Shown: positions 14,490 to 29,501, numbered from the stretch's first letter. The stretch is DNA of 64,000 nt from Eledone cirrhosa (GCA_964016885.1 CAXHJY010001131.1:20714-84713); one strand, 5' to 3'. Numbers and translations are program-made. Notes: generated from the sequence alone by a model not told the origin.

Positions 14490-15414
14490 TCTTTATAAAA
14501 TAGCTTCAGTCATTACACTGCGGCTATATGCTGGAGACCCACTTTGGTTCAGTCGCAAGTCCATTTCCTTTTCACGTATGGTACTTATTTTGTCGAACAG
14601 CTAGTACGTCAGAGGTCTTTCGTCACACTTTCTGTGACATCCTCAATGACTATTAAATTACATCTGTGCTTCCTCGTATATATATAGTTCAAGAATAAAC
14701 GAGACAATTACAGAGATACAAAAACAATCTTGTAAGGTTCAGGCGTTTAATCCTTACAATTGTTTCGGTACGTATTTGATATAACGTATAGTTACTTCTT
14801 GTGTCACACACACACACACCACATATACGCATACATAAACACACATATATATATATATATGTATATATAGTAGAGAAAGAGAGAGAAGTACGTTAGATAT
14901 ACAAATACAAATTTATCGTACCTATTTGAGTTTGTGTGTGTTTGTATGTGCGTGTGTGCGTATGTATGTGTATATGTGGGCGTGCGTGATTTTGTGCGTG
15001 TTTCGGTGTGTGCGTGTGTGTTTGTGTGTGTGTGTTTAAGTCAAGATCTAGTGTGGCTGAAGTTGTTAAACGGGTGTTAAGAAAAAGATTTTATATATAC
15101 AGCGGTGGTGTTGTTGTTGGTGGTGGTGCTGGTGGTGGTAGTGGTGGTGGTGGGGATTGATATGGTGTTGGTGGTGGGGATAGAGGAAAAGGGGGTTAGA
15201 GACGATAAGAGAAGTATGTCAGTATAAATTTATGTGTACGTAGACCAGATACACACACACATTCTCGCCTACATTTACACACACACACACACACACAGAC
15301 ATATTCGTACTTACATGCAAATGCACATATTTATACACTTACACACACTGAAATACACACAGACACACAGACACACACATATATATATATATATTTATAG
15401 TTTTAATATAGATG

Positions 15415-15465
15415 AGATTCTACAGGACTAGAACTGTTTCATTCTTTAGAAATCATCAGGAATCT
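15415..15465 (-). ncRNA. Type I hammerhead ribozyme (H1, opposite strand)
   Basis: Exact reverse complement of 15492-15542. Confidence 0.78.
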
Positions 15466-15491
15466 GATTCCTGATGAAATCATCAGGAATC

Positions 15492-15542
15492 AGATTCCTG
15501 ATGATTTCTAAAGAATGAAACAGTTCTAGTCCTGTAGAATCT
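15492..15542 (+). ncRNA. Type I hammerhead ribozyme (H1)
   Basis: AGAUUC-CUGAUGA-U-UUC-UAAA-GAA-U-GAA-ACAG-UUCUAGUC-CUGU-A^GAAUCU: helix I 6 bp, helix III 4 bp, GUA triplet, predicted cleavage after 15536. Confidence 0.8.
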
Positions 15543-15625
15543 CATCTATATTAAAACTTTTATACTCTGCAATGTATTGAGTACCTTACTTACTGTGGTT
15601 ACCTCCGACTCAACCCGGAATAACG

Positions 15626-15710
<85 letters not shown>

Positions 15711-15929
15711 AATTTGTTGTATACACTCTAGTAATATATGGAGTAACTTACTTACTGAGGTTAGCCCCGATTGAACCCAAGACTCATATATACACACACA
15801 CATATATATACATATATATATACATGTGTGTGTGTGTGTGTGTTGATGTTTTCTTCACCCACTTAATCCTGTGAGGGCGGGCGTGGAGGGTGTGTACCCA
15901 GACACGCCTTGCTGGAGGTCTTCAGAGAA

Positions 15930-16250
15930 GCAACCCTCATCAAATGATCCGGCTGCATCGTCAAGCGAGACCAACTCATGCCAGTAAAATCTATCCAGCG
16001 ATTCTGTATTTAGACATTCCATGCCCGTAGCAGCAGCAGCTCGGCCTTGATTCACTCTCTGATTTGGGACCTAGGTACTCCATTGACCGTTTGGAGGGAC
16101 CTCATTTCGATTACTTGTATTCACGATCGTATTTTCACGATATTGGTCAAGATTCATGGGCATGGTACCGAAGCGAACATAGCTAGTTTGGCTTTTGCAC
16201 TTTTATATCTGACGATGTTGCAGATGTGCAACGAAAGATCTTTGTTAGAC
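15930..16250 (-). pseudogene. Degraded RTE-type LINE C-terminal remnant
   Basis: ATG...L...LDR..W..LV motif. Weak similarity only. Confidence 0.35.
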
Positions 16251-16574
16251 TATATATATATATGTGTTTGTGTCCATATTGTGTCTGTATTTTTGACCGT
16301 TGGTCAATCAATGGTAACATTGAGGACCGAATAAATTAAAATAACCGATATAAAAGACACAGAAGCGAAAACCAACCAATCAGTGAGTATGTTCTGTTAT
16401 TAATTCTGGCAATATTATTACACAAATATGGCCCTCCCCAAGTATATATATATGTTTATCGACTTTTGATTTTTAATATATGCTTGGTTCTATCTTTAGA
16501 ATCTTTGAGCTTTGTCTACAGGTGGTTTGACGCTTGTCCGTGATTTTCTCAGACATGACTTCTATGATTTTGTT

Positions 16575-16742
16575 AGTATTAGAGAGTCGGACATGCTTTC
16601 CAGCATAGTTACGTCCCTTTACGATCTGAGTTCAAATCCGGTCGAGGTTAATTTTGCCTTTCATCCTTACGGGGTCGATAAAATAAAGTACCAGTAATGT
16701 ACTGGGTAATTGCTAGCCTTGTGCCTAAAATAGAAACAATTA
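16575..16742 (+). mobile_element. S1 SINE
   Basis: Match to the S1 consensus. Confidence 0.85.
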
Positions 16743-16755
16743 TATATATAAATAT

Positions 16756-16797
<42 letters not shown>

Positions 16798-17462
16798 GTG
16801 TGTGTCTGTGTGTATTTCAGTATGTGTAAGTGTGTAAGTGTATAAATATGTGCATTTGCATGTAAGTACGAATATGTGTGTATGTGTGTGTAAATGTACA
16901 CATAAATTTATATAAATAAATATATATATATATGTGTGTGTGTGTGTATATATTACTGAAGGACACAACGCATCACCCGGTCCGAGAATCGAACTCACAA
17001 TCTCATTATTGCAAGGCCAATGCTCTAACCACTAAGCCATGTGCCTGGAAAGAGAGATATATTTTAATTTTAATTATATCTCATATAAAATAATACAACT
17101 GGCTTTCCACAAAATACATATAGTTAGCACCCCAAACATTAAATTAGGATTATACTAAGGTATATCCTAATGTTTGTTGAGCGAGATGGTAGCCAGTCAG
17201 AGTATAGCTTAAGGCTTTCTCTGTTATTGTATTGTATATATATATATATATATATATATTCTGGCAATATTACGCAAATATGACCCTCCCCAATTATAAC
17301 AATCCGATGCCTTAATTTGACCATTACAGCACAATGTACCTACATTAAATTTACTATAGAATTTTCAATATAAGCTGGCCTTGTGTTTAAACGGAGAGTG
17401 AAGCGATCGCCAGATCTGACAAAGAAACAATGTTTCTATTGACATTATTGGTGATATTTATT

Positions 17463-17648
17463 GGTGGGTTGGCAGTATCGGTAGAGGGTCGGACGCCGTG
17501 CTTTGCAGCCTAGAGTTACACCCCTTTATAGTCTGAGTTCAAATCCCGCCGAGGTTAACTTTGCCTTTCATCCTTACGGGGTCGATAAAATAAAGTGCCA
17601 GTAATGCACTGGGTAATTGCTGGCCTTGTGCCAAACGTAGAAACAATT
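17463..17648 (+). mobile_element. S1 SINE
   Basis: Full-length match. Other copies at about 20620-20770(-) and 24688-24792(+). Confidence 0.85.
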
Positions 17649-18259
17649 TTTGGTGATATTTATTATCTAAAAGTTGCAAGTTCTTGCAGAAGTAGACTGG
17701 GTTTGAACTTATAACTCCCAGGCTTGTTTCAGATGAATTCCACCAATCCTCTGCCACTGGACTGGAACTTTGTTTATCGAGAGAGATAGAGAGTAGCAGC
17801 AATGAAGGAGTGGGAAGAAAAACGGAAAGAAAGTAAGAAAGAAATGAACAAATAAAGAAAGGGTGAAAGAAAGAGAGAAAGAATGGAAGAAAGAGAGAGA
17901 GAAAGAAAGAAATACAGAAAGAGAGAAAGAAAGAAAGAGAGACAGACAGAAGGAATCGAGGAAGAAGTTTTACTTTTAGTTTGCGGTTACTTTTTTGGTT
18001 GTGGTAATGTATGGTGGAGGTAATAGTGATGGTGGTGGTGTGGTGGTGATGGTTGGAGTTGGTGGCGGGGGATGTCGGAGTGGAGGCGGAGATGGGGGTG
18101 GGGTGGAGTTGGCGGTGGAGGTGTCGGAGTGGGGGGGGGGGCGTCGGTGGTGATGGTGGTGTAGATTGTAATGGCTGATTGTTGCCTGGCTGATGGCGGT
18201 GTATGTTGTGGTGGATAACGTCGCCACCGCCTCCGCCGATCACATTTATTCGAATGCAC

Positions 18260-18297
<38 letters not shown>

Positions 18298-18443
18298 GGC
18301 ATACACACAGATACACACGCACACATATACAGACAGATACACACACACACATAGAGGCATGACCAGTGCATCAAAATTCTCGACTACCCATCCCCCTATA
18401 AAAAATCACTTTCGCTGTTAAGCACTGATTGCATGCATGTTCG

Positions 18444-18479
<36 letters not shown>

Positions 18480-18631
18480 GCAGTAGTAGTAGTAGTAGTA
18501 GGAGCAGGAGGAGTAGTTGTTGTTGTTGTTGTGCTGCTGCTCAAACATTCTGTTGTTCCGCTGTTCTCGTTTGTTGTTTTCTTCTCAGATACACACGTAC
18601 ACATTTACACACACACACACACACATATGTG

Positions 18632-18711
<80 letters not shown>

Positions 18712-18851
18712 TATGTATATAAATATGTGTGTATATGCATTTGCTACTATAGCAAGCGTTAAATTAATACATTTCTTCAATATACAGTGTCGTTTGTTTT
18801 CTTCTTTCTGTTTACGTTTTGTATATATATTTATATATATATATATATATA

Positions 18852-18974
18852 TAACGAAGGAAATGTGGTAAGGAACCAGGTGGACCAAAGTACTCAATAC
18901 TTACGGTAGTAGAGTGGGTAGAATTAGCCGTCGAAACGGCTTGAGCTCAGCCGTCGGGCTCTTACTTGTTCCTA
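18852..18974. mobile_element. Family H3 element
   Basis: Tail (-) joined to an inverted head GAATTAGCCGTCGAAACGGC. Confidence 0.8.
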
Positions 18975-18991
18975 TATATATATATATATAT

Positions 18992-19041
<50 letters not shown>

Positions 19042-19044
<3 letters not shown>

Positions 19045-19201
19045 TTCTACAGGACTAGAACTGTTTCATTTTTGAGAAATCATCAGGAACCGCTGATGAA
19101 ACAGTTCCAGTCCTGTAGAAGCCGTTTCTATATTAAATATTTACACTCTGCTATGTATTGAGTACATTACGGTAGTTACCCCCGATTGAACCCGGGATAA
19201 A

Positions 19202-19203
<2 letters not shown>
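19042..19203. mobile_element. Family H1 variant palindromic element
   Basis: Minus-strand hammerhead 19042-19091 (GGUUC-CUGAUGA...GAAACAG...CUGUA-GAAGCC). The plus arm has helix II deleted (CTGATGAAACAG). Tail contains GTATTGAGTAC. Confidence 0.75.
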
Positions 19204-19237
<34 letters not shown>

Positions 19238-19289
19238 GGAATAGTACACATCCATATACATACGTCTGTGTGTGTATATATGTATGTAT

Positions 19290-19570
19290 GGTTAAGAGAG
19301 TGGGACTGGCTTTGTGCAGTGCCTTTGCTCACTATAAAAGCTTCACGGCACAGGCATTGCTTTTTATCTGGAGATCTCTCTGCACTTGCCATCACATGGT
19401 ACCATGGGCCCAGCACTATGTGTCAATAGTTATCACAAGTGTAGTGTTTGTACCAGAGTGTTCAAGTCGCTGGCTGCACTAAAAAGTCACACTCGTTCAG
19501 CGCATCGGTAGGGGTTCTCCTACATGGATATAAAGTAGTGGCCGTACTCGAAAACGAGTTGGCAGCCACC
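19290..19570 (+). mobile_element. RTE-like LINE 3' end with terminal C2H2 finger
   Basis: CSVCTRVFKSLAALKSHTRSAHR* (19440-19511), 3' hairpin CTCG-AAAA-CGAG, (ATGT)n tail. Confidence 0.7.
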
Positions 19571-20201
19571 ATGTATGTATGTATGTATGTATGTAGGCAT
19601 GATGGCCTCTATCTATATATGTATGTCTAGTAGTGGAGTCGTGTCAATGTGCAGGTCAGTCACACAGTGACGAAACGTTTGATATCAAGAAATAAATTAT
19701 AAATGCCGAACAAGATCGCCGATCTCATTTGCTTACCGGGCGGGGTGGAATTCGTCAAATCAAACCAAGGAAACAATGTTACCCTTGGTCTTTCCTTTAC
19801 TGATACTATCTACCGGTCGCAACTCCTGGTAGCAAGACCGAAAGTCCAACGTGAAATAAAGTGTCTTTTTCAAGAACATAACGCATCGCTCGATCCAGGA
19901 ATCGAATTTGCAACCTTATGGCTGCTAATCTAACTCTCTAACCTCTAAATCACGCGCATTCACAATGAGAAATGTAAAGCGAATTTCTTGTTTTTGAATG
20001 GCTAAAACGACACTTTTACCAGATTTACAGTATAGAGTTCTTCTCTCATTGTCTACCCTTCTCTGGAAGAAATCTGCTGTGTTTAGACCTGGAGAAGATT
20101 AGGTTCCGCCAAGTTTACAAATGCCCAAGTAACGCCGTTTGTCAATACAACGCCCCTACGATTCCCTCAGAAGCTATGGGACCATGCAACGTGCATAGTA
20201 T

Positions 20202-20473
20202 CAGGGACGGACTTAATGGGGCGCAAAGGGGGCTCCACCAGCGACGATGTTAGCAATTTATTTGCGCCCTCAGCTGAATTTTTTAGTATTAGAATGGTTA
20301 GAATTTTTGAAATTAATACCTGCATATATAACTTTTCAATTCCAATTACTTACCCAAGTTAACTTAGATATGTAAATTTGGGAGGTTCACTGTATATTCT
20401 AATCTTTTGTGTATGAGGGGACCCATCCAAACCTGAAGTGCCCCAGGCCTCACTAGGTTTAAATCCAGCCCTG
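20202..20473. mobile_element. hAT-type MITE
   Basis: TIRs CAGGGACGGACTTA / TAAATCCAGCCCTG. 8-bp TSD CATAGTAT / CATAGCAT. Confidence 0.7.
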
Positions 20474-20967
20474 CATAGCATGGAGTACGACGTTGAGTAA
20501 TCCTCTTATTAGTCTTAGTAACAATCTATCTATATATTCATTTATATTTACTTAATCAATTTAAAGGTCCGCGTAGAGGTGGTAGCACATAACAGACTTG
20601 GAAAGGTACTAATAAGTCTTATAATTGTTTCTAGATTTGGCACAAGGCTAGCAATTTGAAGGGGTGGAGAAAGTCGATTAAATTGATCCCAGTTCATTAC
20701 TGGTGCTATATTTTATCAACTCCGTAAGGAGGAAGAGCAAAGCTAACCTCGCAGGGTTTTGAACACAGAATTAGAAAACAAAACCACACACACATATATA
20801 TATATACATATATATATGTATATATCTACACATGCATACACATACATACATACATACATATATGCATACATATATATACATATAAAATGTATATATCTAC
20901 ACATGCATACACATACATACATACATATATGCATACATATATATACATACATACATGTATGTATGTT

Positions 20968-21280
20968 TTCTCTTTCTCTTAATTTCGAGTATATTTTTTT
21001 GACCGGCCACCTTCCTGGTGGCAAGGTTGTAAAAGAAAAGAAATTGTCATCCCTTGAATCGCTAGAATGTTTTGCAAATTTTGAAGGTGCCAGCTATCGC
21101 AGCCATTTGTAGACTATGAATTAGGGAGCTGCGCTTTTTGTCCGCAAATCCAAGTTCAGTCATACTTTGGTCCAAACGGGTTGGTATATAACCCGTAGCA
21201 CCAATAATGATGGGTATGAAGCTAAAGGGGTATTTTGGATACTGGATTTGTAAACTCCTCATCAATGGTCCGTAGATGTC
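20968..21280 (-). mobile_element. 3' end of a restriction-like-endonuclease LINE (R4/Dong/NeSL-like)
   Basis: ORF 21062-21265 IPIIIGATGYIP...LGF...LQMAAIAGTFKICKTF* matches the C-terminus pattern of RLE LINEs. Embedded in (TACA)n. Confidence 0.7.
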
Positions 21281-21896
21281 CTATGTATGTATGTATGTAT
21301 GTATGTATGCATGTTTTTATGTATGCATGTTTGTATGTATGTATATATATATGTATGTATGCATACATATATACATACATACATATATATACATACATAT
21401 ATGCATACATATATACATACATACATGTTTACATACATATATATATATACATACATACATACATACATACATACATACATACATACATACATACATACAT
21501 ACATACATACATACGTGCATGCACACATACATATATACATACATATATATACATACATACATGCATGCATCCATACATATATACATACGTAAGATTCTGT
21601 CATAAGGAAGTGACAGTTGGGTTTGTCTGTCTATTTGTCTGTCTGTATGTCTACCTATGTCTCTCCCTGTTTAACACACTAAGAGACAGACAGTCAGCCA
21701 GACAGACTGACTAACTGACTCACAGATCGTTCAACAGACACACAGACAAACCTCTACTGCAGCCTGCATGTAGCATGAGACAACAACAGACCACTTCTTG
21801 ACAATAGAGAGCTTGCAGTGACCAGGGACAAACAAAAGTTGGAAAATTGCAGAAAGGATGAAGTTAGTATTGAGATAAATAGCGAGAGAGAGAGAG

Positions 21897-22021
<125 letters not shown>

Positions 22022-22055
22022 TATATATATATATATATATATATTTATTTATATT

Positions 22056-22119
<64 letters not shown>

Positions 22120-22125
22120 AATATA

Positions 22126-22171
<46 letters not shown>

Positions 22172-22223
22172 AATATATATTTATATATATATATATATAT
22201 ATTTATTTATATATATATCTATT

Positions 22224-22306
<83 letters not shown>

Positions 22307-22393
22307 ATTTATATATATATAAATATATATTTATATATATATAAATATATATTTATATATATATAAATATATTTATATATATATATAAATATA

Positions 22394-22490
<97 letters not shown>

Positions 22491-22544
22491 TTATATATAT
22501 ATATATATTTATATATATATAAATATATTTATATACATATAAAT

Positions 22545-22700
22545 ACGAAGGAATTGTGGTAAGGAACCAGATGGACCATAGCGCACCAAAGTACTCAATA
22601 CTTAGGGTAGTAGAGTTGGTAATAGGAACAAGTATGACCCCGACGGCAGAGCTGAAGCCGTTTCGACGACTATTTCTGTCCAGAAATAGCCGTCGAAACA
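22545..22700. mobile_element. Family H3 element
   Basis: Same family, IR around TATTTCTG-TC-CAGAAATAG. Confidence 0.8.
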
Positions 22701-22809
22701 CCCTACACCCACGAATCTCTTCCTCTTACAGACAGACTGGAGTAATTGCAGCATCCAGCTGCATCTTATAGTTGCTCTTGTTATTGTTTATCATTGTGAT
22801 AGTCATTGT

Positions 22810-22890
22810 ATGATATATTAGTTTAACGTTTGAAATAGCAGGAAGAGAATCGTAACGTTTCGGACACTAGTTCTTCATCAGATGATAAAA
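22810..22890 (-). mobile_element. Family H4 fragment with minimal hammerhead
   Basis: Minus strand AUCAU-CUGAUGA-AGAAC-UAGU-GUCC-GAAAC-GUU-ACGAU. Homologous to 32678-32750. Confidence 0.6.
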
Positions 22891-23398
22891 TTAGAAGTAG
22901 AATGAGGTGGTTCTTTTTGTAAGGGATTTCCCCTGGAACGTTAAAGATCAGTTCCCTTCCACTTAGGGAACTTTCTTTAGTTGACATCTCTTATAACTTT
23001 CTTTAGTTTTCATCTCTCTGATGTTTATTTTGTTTTTCTTTTTATAGTTCCCCCAGAAGACATCATATGTTGTGTGAATATATGTGTAGGGTGTCTGTGA
23101 GTCTGTGTGGGTGTGTGTGGATGTGTGTATGTCTATGTGGTTTACTCTGTGTGTGTGTATGTGTATGTGTGTGTGCCTGTATGTGTTTTTTCACGTGAGT
23201 GTAAACACATGTTTGCATTCACAGTAATTTCTGTCATTGCTTGTCAGTGTATGTGCGAGCATGCATTTGTATATTTATATATATACATATATATGTGTGT
23301 GTGTGTGCGCGTGTATAAATATATATGTGCGCTCACGCTATATATATGTGTGTGTGTGTGTGTGTGTGCATGTACATATATATATATATATATATATA

Positions 23399-23480
<82 letters not shown>

Positions 23481-23770
23481 CACACACATATATGTGTGTG
23501 TGTTTAGAGGCGTCGCTCTCTATAAATAATTGTACAAATGTGTGTGTGGCGTGTGCATGTGTGTGTGTGTATGGGTGGGGTCTGTGTGTGGGTGTGTGCG
23601 TGAGTGTGTGTGTGAGTGTATTATTGTATGTGTCTGTGTGTGTGTATGTCCAATGTACTTTATTGTAAATCATCTCATATTTAAGGAACTGATTCGGAGA
23701 AATAAAGAGCGTGATTGAAGGTGAGACAGAGAGAGAGACAGACAGATAAAGAGAGAATATGAAAGGGAGT

Positions 23771-23833
<63 letters not shown>

Positions 23834-23962
23834 AAGAAGCAGAGAGTGTGTGAGTGAGGGGGAGAGACAGGAAGAATTTGATGATGCTATCAACACGATC
23901 TAGGTAAGTTGTCAAAGAACCGTCTCTAGATTTCTCTCTCTCTCTCTCTCTCTATCCCTGTG

Positions 23963-24016
<54 letters not shown>

Positions 24017-24073
24017 TATGCATATATATTTACACACACATATATATATACACATATATATGCATATATATTT

Positions 24074-24125
<52 letters not shown>

Positions 24126-24131
24126 GTACAT

Positions 24132-24185
<54 letters not shown>

Positions 24186-24189
<4 letters not shown>

Positions 24190-24379
24190 TTAATATAGAT
24201 GAGATTCTACAGGACTAGAACTGTTTCATTCTTTAGAAATCATCAGGAATCTTGATGATTTCTAAAGAATGAAACAGTTCTAGTCCTGTAGAATCTCATC
24301 TATATTAAAACTTTTATACTCTGCTATGTATTGAGTACCTTACTTACTGTGGTTACCTCCGATTCAACCCGGAATAACT
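24186..24379. mobile_element. Family H1 palindromic element with tail
   Basis: Complete minus-strand hammerhead 24202-24252. The plus arm starts within CTGATGA. Tail nearly identical to 15559-15624. Confidence 0.85.
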
Positions 24380-24381
24380 GT

Positions 24382-24417
<36 letters not shown>

Positions 24418-24553
24418 ATATATATGCATATATATACGTATATAGATATATATATATATGTGGTTGCATAAATATCTGTGTGTTTTTGTTTGTATGCATA
24501 TAAGCGTGTAAGCAAGAGTAGAGGTATATATATACATGCATACGTATGTATGC

Positions 24554-24597
<44 letters not shown>

Positions 24598-24955
24598 TTG
24601 CATGCATGTATACATACATAAATAAATGTATATATTATATATTTTCATGTTATATTTTCATAATTCTTATTATTATTTTTATTATGTTCTGAGTTCAAAT
24701 TCCGCCGAAGTTAACATTGCCTTTCATCCTTAAGGGGTCGATAAAATAAAGTACCAGTAATACACTGGGATAATTGCTGGCCTTGTGCCAATTATTGCGT
24801 ACATGTATATTAGAAGAGACTACGACATCTTCACATACCACCACAGACACACACAAAACATGCATGCACACACTCACACATAAACAGATGCATCCAATGT
24901 GACGGACACACAGACAGGTGCATGTGCGTATAAATATGTACATATATATATATAC

Positions 24956-24988
<33 letters not shown>

Positions 24989-24999
24989 CATACATATGC

Positions 25000-25038
<39 letters not shown>

Positions 25039-25098
25039 ATCTGAGCTTTCTTTTTTCATATATATATAAACATAGATATATATATATGCATATATATA

Positions 25099-25223
<125 letters not shown>

Positions 25224-25295
25224 GTGTATATGTGTGTGTGTGTGTATGTGTGTGTTATGTGTGTGTGTGTGTATATATTTATGTGTGTGTATAAC

Positions 25296-25435
25296 GATTT
25301 TCTGCCTTACGGTTAAGTTTTTACTCTTTCGATAGATTAATTTATCATTTGGTATGGAAGCTTAACCGTAGGGCAGATAATCTATAAAAATATCTACACC
25401 AACCTTTCTTATGTACTGAGTACTAGTAACATCTC
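25296..25435. repeat. Short IR element with GTACTGAGTAC tail
   Basis: GATTTTCTGCCTTACGGTTAAG versus CTTAACCGTAGGGCAGATAATC, with a tail motif like H1/H3. Confidence 0.5.
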
Positions 25436-25480
25436 ATATATACATTCGTACACACACAAAATATATATACATATATATAT

Positions 25481-25780
25481 GTAAAAGTTCTATTTAAATT
25501 GTTGGGATACAACAAGCAAATATTTTTATAACTGATATAAAGCACTCAACAAATATTTGGAGTAAAAATACGATATTAACAAATGGAAACTATATTTATA
25601 AAACCATATTTATTTCATTATACATATTTCAAGGACACCAAGTTAAATTATGGCGTGCTTTCATCAGATAAAATATATTATAGATCAGTTTTATATATAA
25701 ATATTGACATACCCTTAAAAAATGCAACCATTACTGTTGGAACTCCCTTTATAAATATAGTTTCCATTTGTTAATATCGT
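25481..25780 (-). mobile_element. Family H6 element with inverted terminal copy
   Basis: 25570-25603 is inverted at 25748-25780. Tail 25481-25570 is homologous to 34090-34187. Confidence 0.7.
25611..25675 (-). ncRNA. Type I hammerhead ribozyme (family H6)
   Basis: UAUUUUAU-CUGAUGA-AAG-C-ACGCCA-loop-UGGUGU-C-CUU-GAAA-UAUGUA-UA^AUGAAAUA. Helix II differs in sequence from the 12519 copy but still pairs. Confidence 0.72.
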
Positions 25781-25805
25781 ATATATATATATATATACAC
25801 ACACA

Positions 25806-25887
25806 CAGGATGTACCCCCAAAATGTATACACACTTTGATTAGAATGCTGTTGAAGTGTGTATACATTTTTGGGGGACACATACCTG
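25806..25887. mobile_element. Tc1/mariner-type mini-MITE
   Basis: CAGGATGTACCCCCAAAATGTATACACACTT ... AAGTGTGTATACATTTTTGGGGGACACATACCTG, followed by TA. Confidence 0.6.
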
Positions 25888-26233
25888 TACATACATGTGC
25901 TGGTATAGCTGGGCGGACAAGGTGATCGTTTTGTAGCCACATCTTTTCCGAGTTCAGCCCCTAAACTGCAGCATATGGGCAACTATCTTCTACTGTAGAT
26001 TCGGGTTAATCAACATGCATAGTGAGTTGAATTTGGTAGATCGAGGGTGCACAGAAGCCCGTCATTTTTCCCCCTTTCTCTCTTTCTCTCTCTCTCTCTC
26101 TTTACACCTCAGGCCTTCACACAAACACATAAACAGGTATACAACCTCCATGTACACACTCACCTACACACATATGTCTGACTACAAACAGACCCCCGTA
26201 CATACGTATGTAAACACACACTCAGACACACAA

Positions 26234-26283
<50 letters not shown>

Positions 26284-26366
26284 GTGTATATATATATATA
26301 TAGCCCAGTCTCACCAAGCGTGAAACTAATAATATTTGTTTGTTTTTTTTTTCTGTTAATCCGAAC

Positions 26367-26450
<84 letters not shown>

Positions 26451-27006
26451 TGTTGCCACATAGCATAGAAGCACATACAGACACGAGCCAATGGTTGATA
26501 TAAAGATAGACATACAAACAATAAGACAAACATACCGAGGTAAACACAACACACGGCACATGTTTTCTACTCTCGTCGACAGGGAGTGGGGGGGGGGGGG
26601 GGTGAGAACGAGAGGAGTAGGATTGACGGAAAGAGAGGAAGAGTGAATGATAGAAGAAGTATTAAAGAATGAATGAATGAATGAAAGAGAAAGAATGAGA
26701 AAATGAAAAAAAGCCGGAGATAGAGATGAAGAAAGAGAAAGAAAGAAAGTAGTATAGAAAAGGATAAAAAAAGAATGAAGGAAAAGTGAAAGAGAGACAG
26801 TAAAAGAGAAAAAGGAAGAACGAATGAATGAAAGACAGAAGAAATGAAAGAAAGAGTGAGATAGTGAGGGAAAGAAAGAATGAAAAAGCTTTGACTAAAT
26901 GGAAGGGAAACACGACGCAGAATATTTCAAAATTAGAAGGAATATAAACATTGGAATGGTGGACTGAGAGAGAGAGAGATAGAGAGTGATGTAGGTAGAT
27001 AGATGA

Positions 27007-27084
<78 letters not shown>

Positions 27085-27123
27085 AATTCTCTGTATACGT
27101 ATGTGTGTGTATATATATGTATG

Positions 27124-27176
<53 letters not shown>

Positions 27177-27233
27177 CCCTAATTCTCTGTATATGTATGT
27201 GTGTGTATATATATGTATGTATGTATATATATA

Positions 27234-27291
<58 letters not shown>

Positions 27292-27446
27292 TGTATGTAT
27301 GTGTATATATATATATTTATGTGCGTGTGTGCATGTGCATGTGTGTCTGTATGTATGTTTGTATGTGTGTGTGTGTCTATATATATATATATATACAGAG
27401 GAATATAGAGACAGAGAGTGAGAGAGAAAGAGATAGAGAGAGACAC

Positions 27447-27480
<34 letters not shown>

Positions 27481-27861
27481 TGAGAGAGAGGGAGAAGAGG
27501 GAGTGAGAGAGACAGACTAATATCTAATATTCCGATTCTTTCCAATTTGTTTGTATTGTAAGCCACTTGCAGAGATATTCCACGATTTCTCTGCTATTGA
27601 TGAATGCCACAGTACACACACACATACACACACATATACACACACGCACACTCATACACACACACATATACACACGCACACATACATGCACACGCATACA
27701 CACACACACACACACAGACACACATACACACATACACATACACACATACATACATACATATACATACATATACACACACATACAAACACACACACACACA
27801 AATACATACATACACACACACACACATACATGCACACGCACACAAATACACACAAATACAT

Positions 27862-27898
<37 letters not shown>

Positions 27899-28260
27899 CA
27901 CACACACATGCATACACACACACATATACACACGCACACGCACACACACACACATGCATACACGCACACATACACACACACACATACACACGCATACACA
28001 CACACATACATACAAACACACATACATACACACACTCATACACACACACACATACATACATACACAGACATACACACACAAACACACACACATTAACACT
28101 ACTATACACACACATACACACACATACAAACACACACACAGACACACAAACGCACACAAATGCATATGCATATCCTCGGTGCACAGATTCCACATTGGTC
28201 CATAACATACTCACATAACAACACTGTTGCATACACATACACACAAACGCAGAGAAATGC

Positions 28261-28292
<32 letters not shown>

Positions 28293-28334
28293 ACAGACAA
28301 GGAACACATACGTAAGCATATATATATATATGTA

Positions 28335-28387
<53 letters not shown>

Positions 28388-28446
28388 CATTTAGAGGTAT
28401 GTGTATGTATGTATATAAGCATCTATCTATGAATCCACCTGTCTAT

Positions 28447-28513
<67 letters not shown>

Positions 28514-28607
28514 TACATATATGCATATATATATATATACATACGTATATATATATGTATATATATATACATACGTATATATATATATGTATATATGTAT
28601 ATATGTA

Positions 28608-28639
<32 letters not shown>

Positions 28640-28645
28640 CGTATG

Positions 28646-28676
<31 letters not shown>

Positions 28677-28742
28677 ATACGTATATGCTGGAACCTAAGT
28701 ATGGCCTCAGCTTGTCGTCTGGGACAGGTAGAAGTTTAAAAG

Positions 28743-28782
<40 letters not shown>

Positions 28783-28817
28783 ATATATTGGCTTTTTGCT
28801 ACAATATTTTCTATGCC

Positions 28818-28860
<43 letters not shown>

Positions 28861-29443
28861 AGCTTAGCCAGGTATATTGTATGCTGAGGCATGCTTATTT
28901 TCATACAGGTGGTGAGACAGTCGGGAGATGACGGACACTGCCGGAGACAGGCGGAAACTGATGCAGACAAACTGAAGACAGGGGAAAAGTCCTAGACACA
29001 CACACACAGACACACAAACATAGTTATTCACACACACATACACACACACACACGTGAGAGTGAGTGCGAAAGAGAAATAGCTAGATATATGTATGTATAT
29101 ATATATGTGTGTGTGTGTGTGAGTATGTGTATATATATATATGTGTGGGTGTTTGTGTATATGTCTGTGTGTGTGTGTGCGTGTGTGAGTGTGTGTGTAT
29201 GTGTATATATATATATATGTATGTGTGTGTTTGTGTATATGTGTGTGTGTGTGTGAGTGTGTGAGTGTGTGTGTGTGTGTATATATATCCTGTAAAGGAA
29301 AACACACTCTCCTGTGTTTTTCCCCTCTATATCTTGTATTTTAAAGTGCCCAGGAAAACTCTTTCCTTTGAGCTCATTTAATTACATGATTATACGCATA
29401 CGCGAGTACATTACACCGTTATTTTACTGTATATACACACACA

Positions 29444-29501
<58 letters not shown>

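Larger units (their letters stand above)
15399..15624. mobile_element. Family H1 palindromic hammerhead element with 3' tail
   Basis: Inverted arms 15399-15464 / 15493-15558, nested mini-IR 15466-15491, tail containing GTATTGAGTAC to 15624. Microsatellite flanks. Confidence 0.85.

Noticed and set aside
14690-14800. Minus-strand CCGAAACAATTGTAAGG hammerhead 3' half (similar remnants near 5900-5950, 60245-60290 and 63395-63410)
   Set aside because: The other half of the core is missing, so they are not called as ribozymes.
18060-18145. G-quadruplex-like G-rich stretch
   Set aside because: Low-complexity GGT/GGA drift with no independent support.
19440-19511. Host C2H2 zinc-finger gene exon
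   Set aside because: Part of a dispersed two-copy repeat with an upstream stop and a microsatellite tail. Better explained as a LINE C-terminus.
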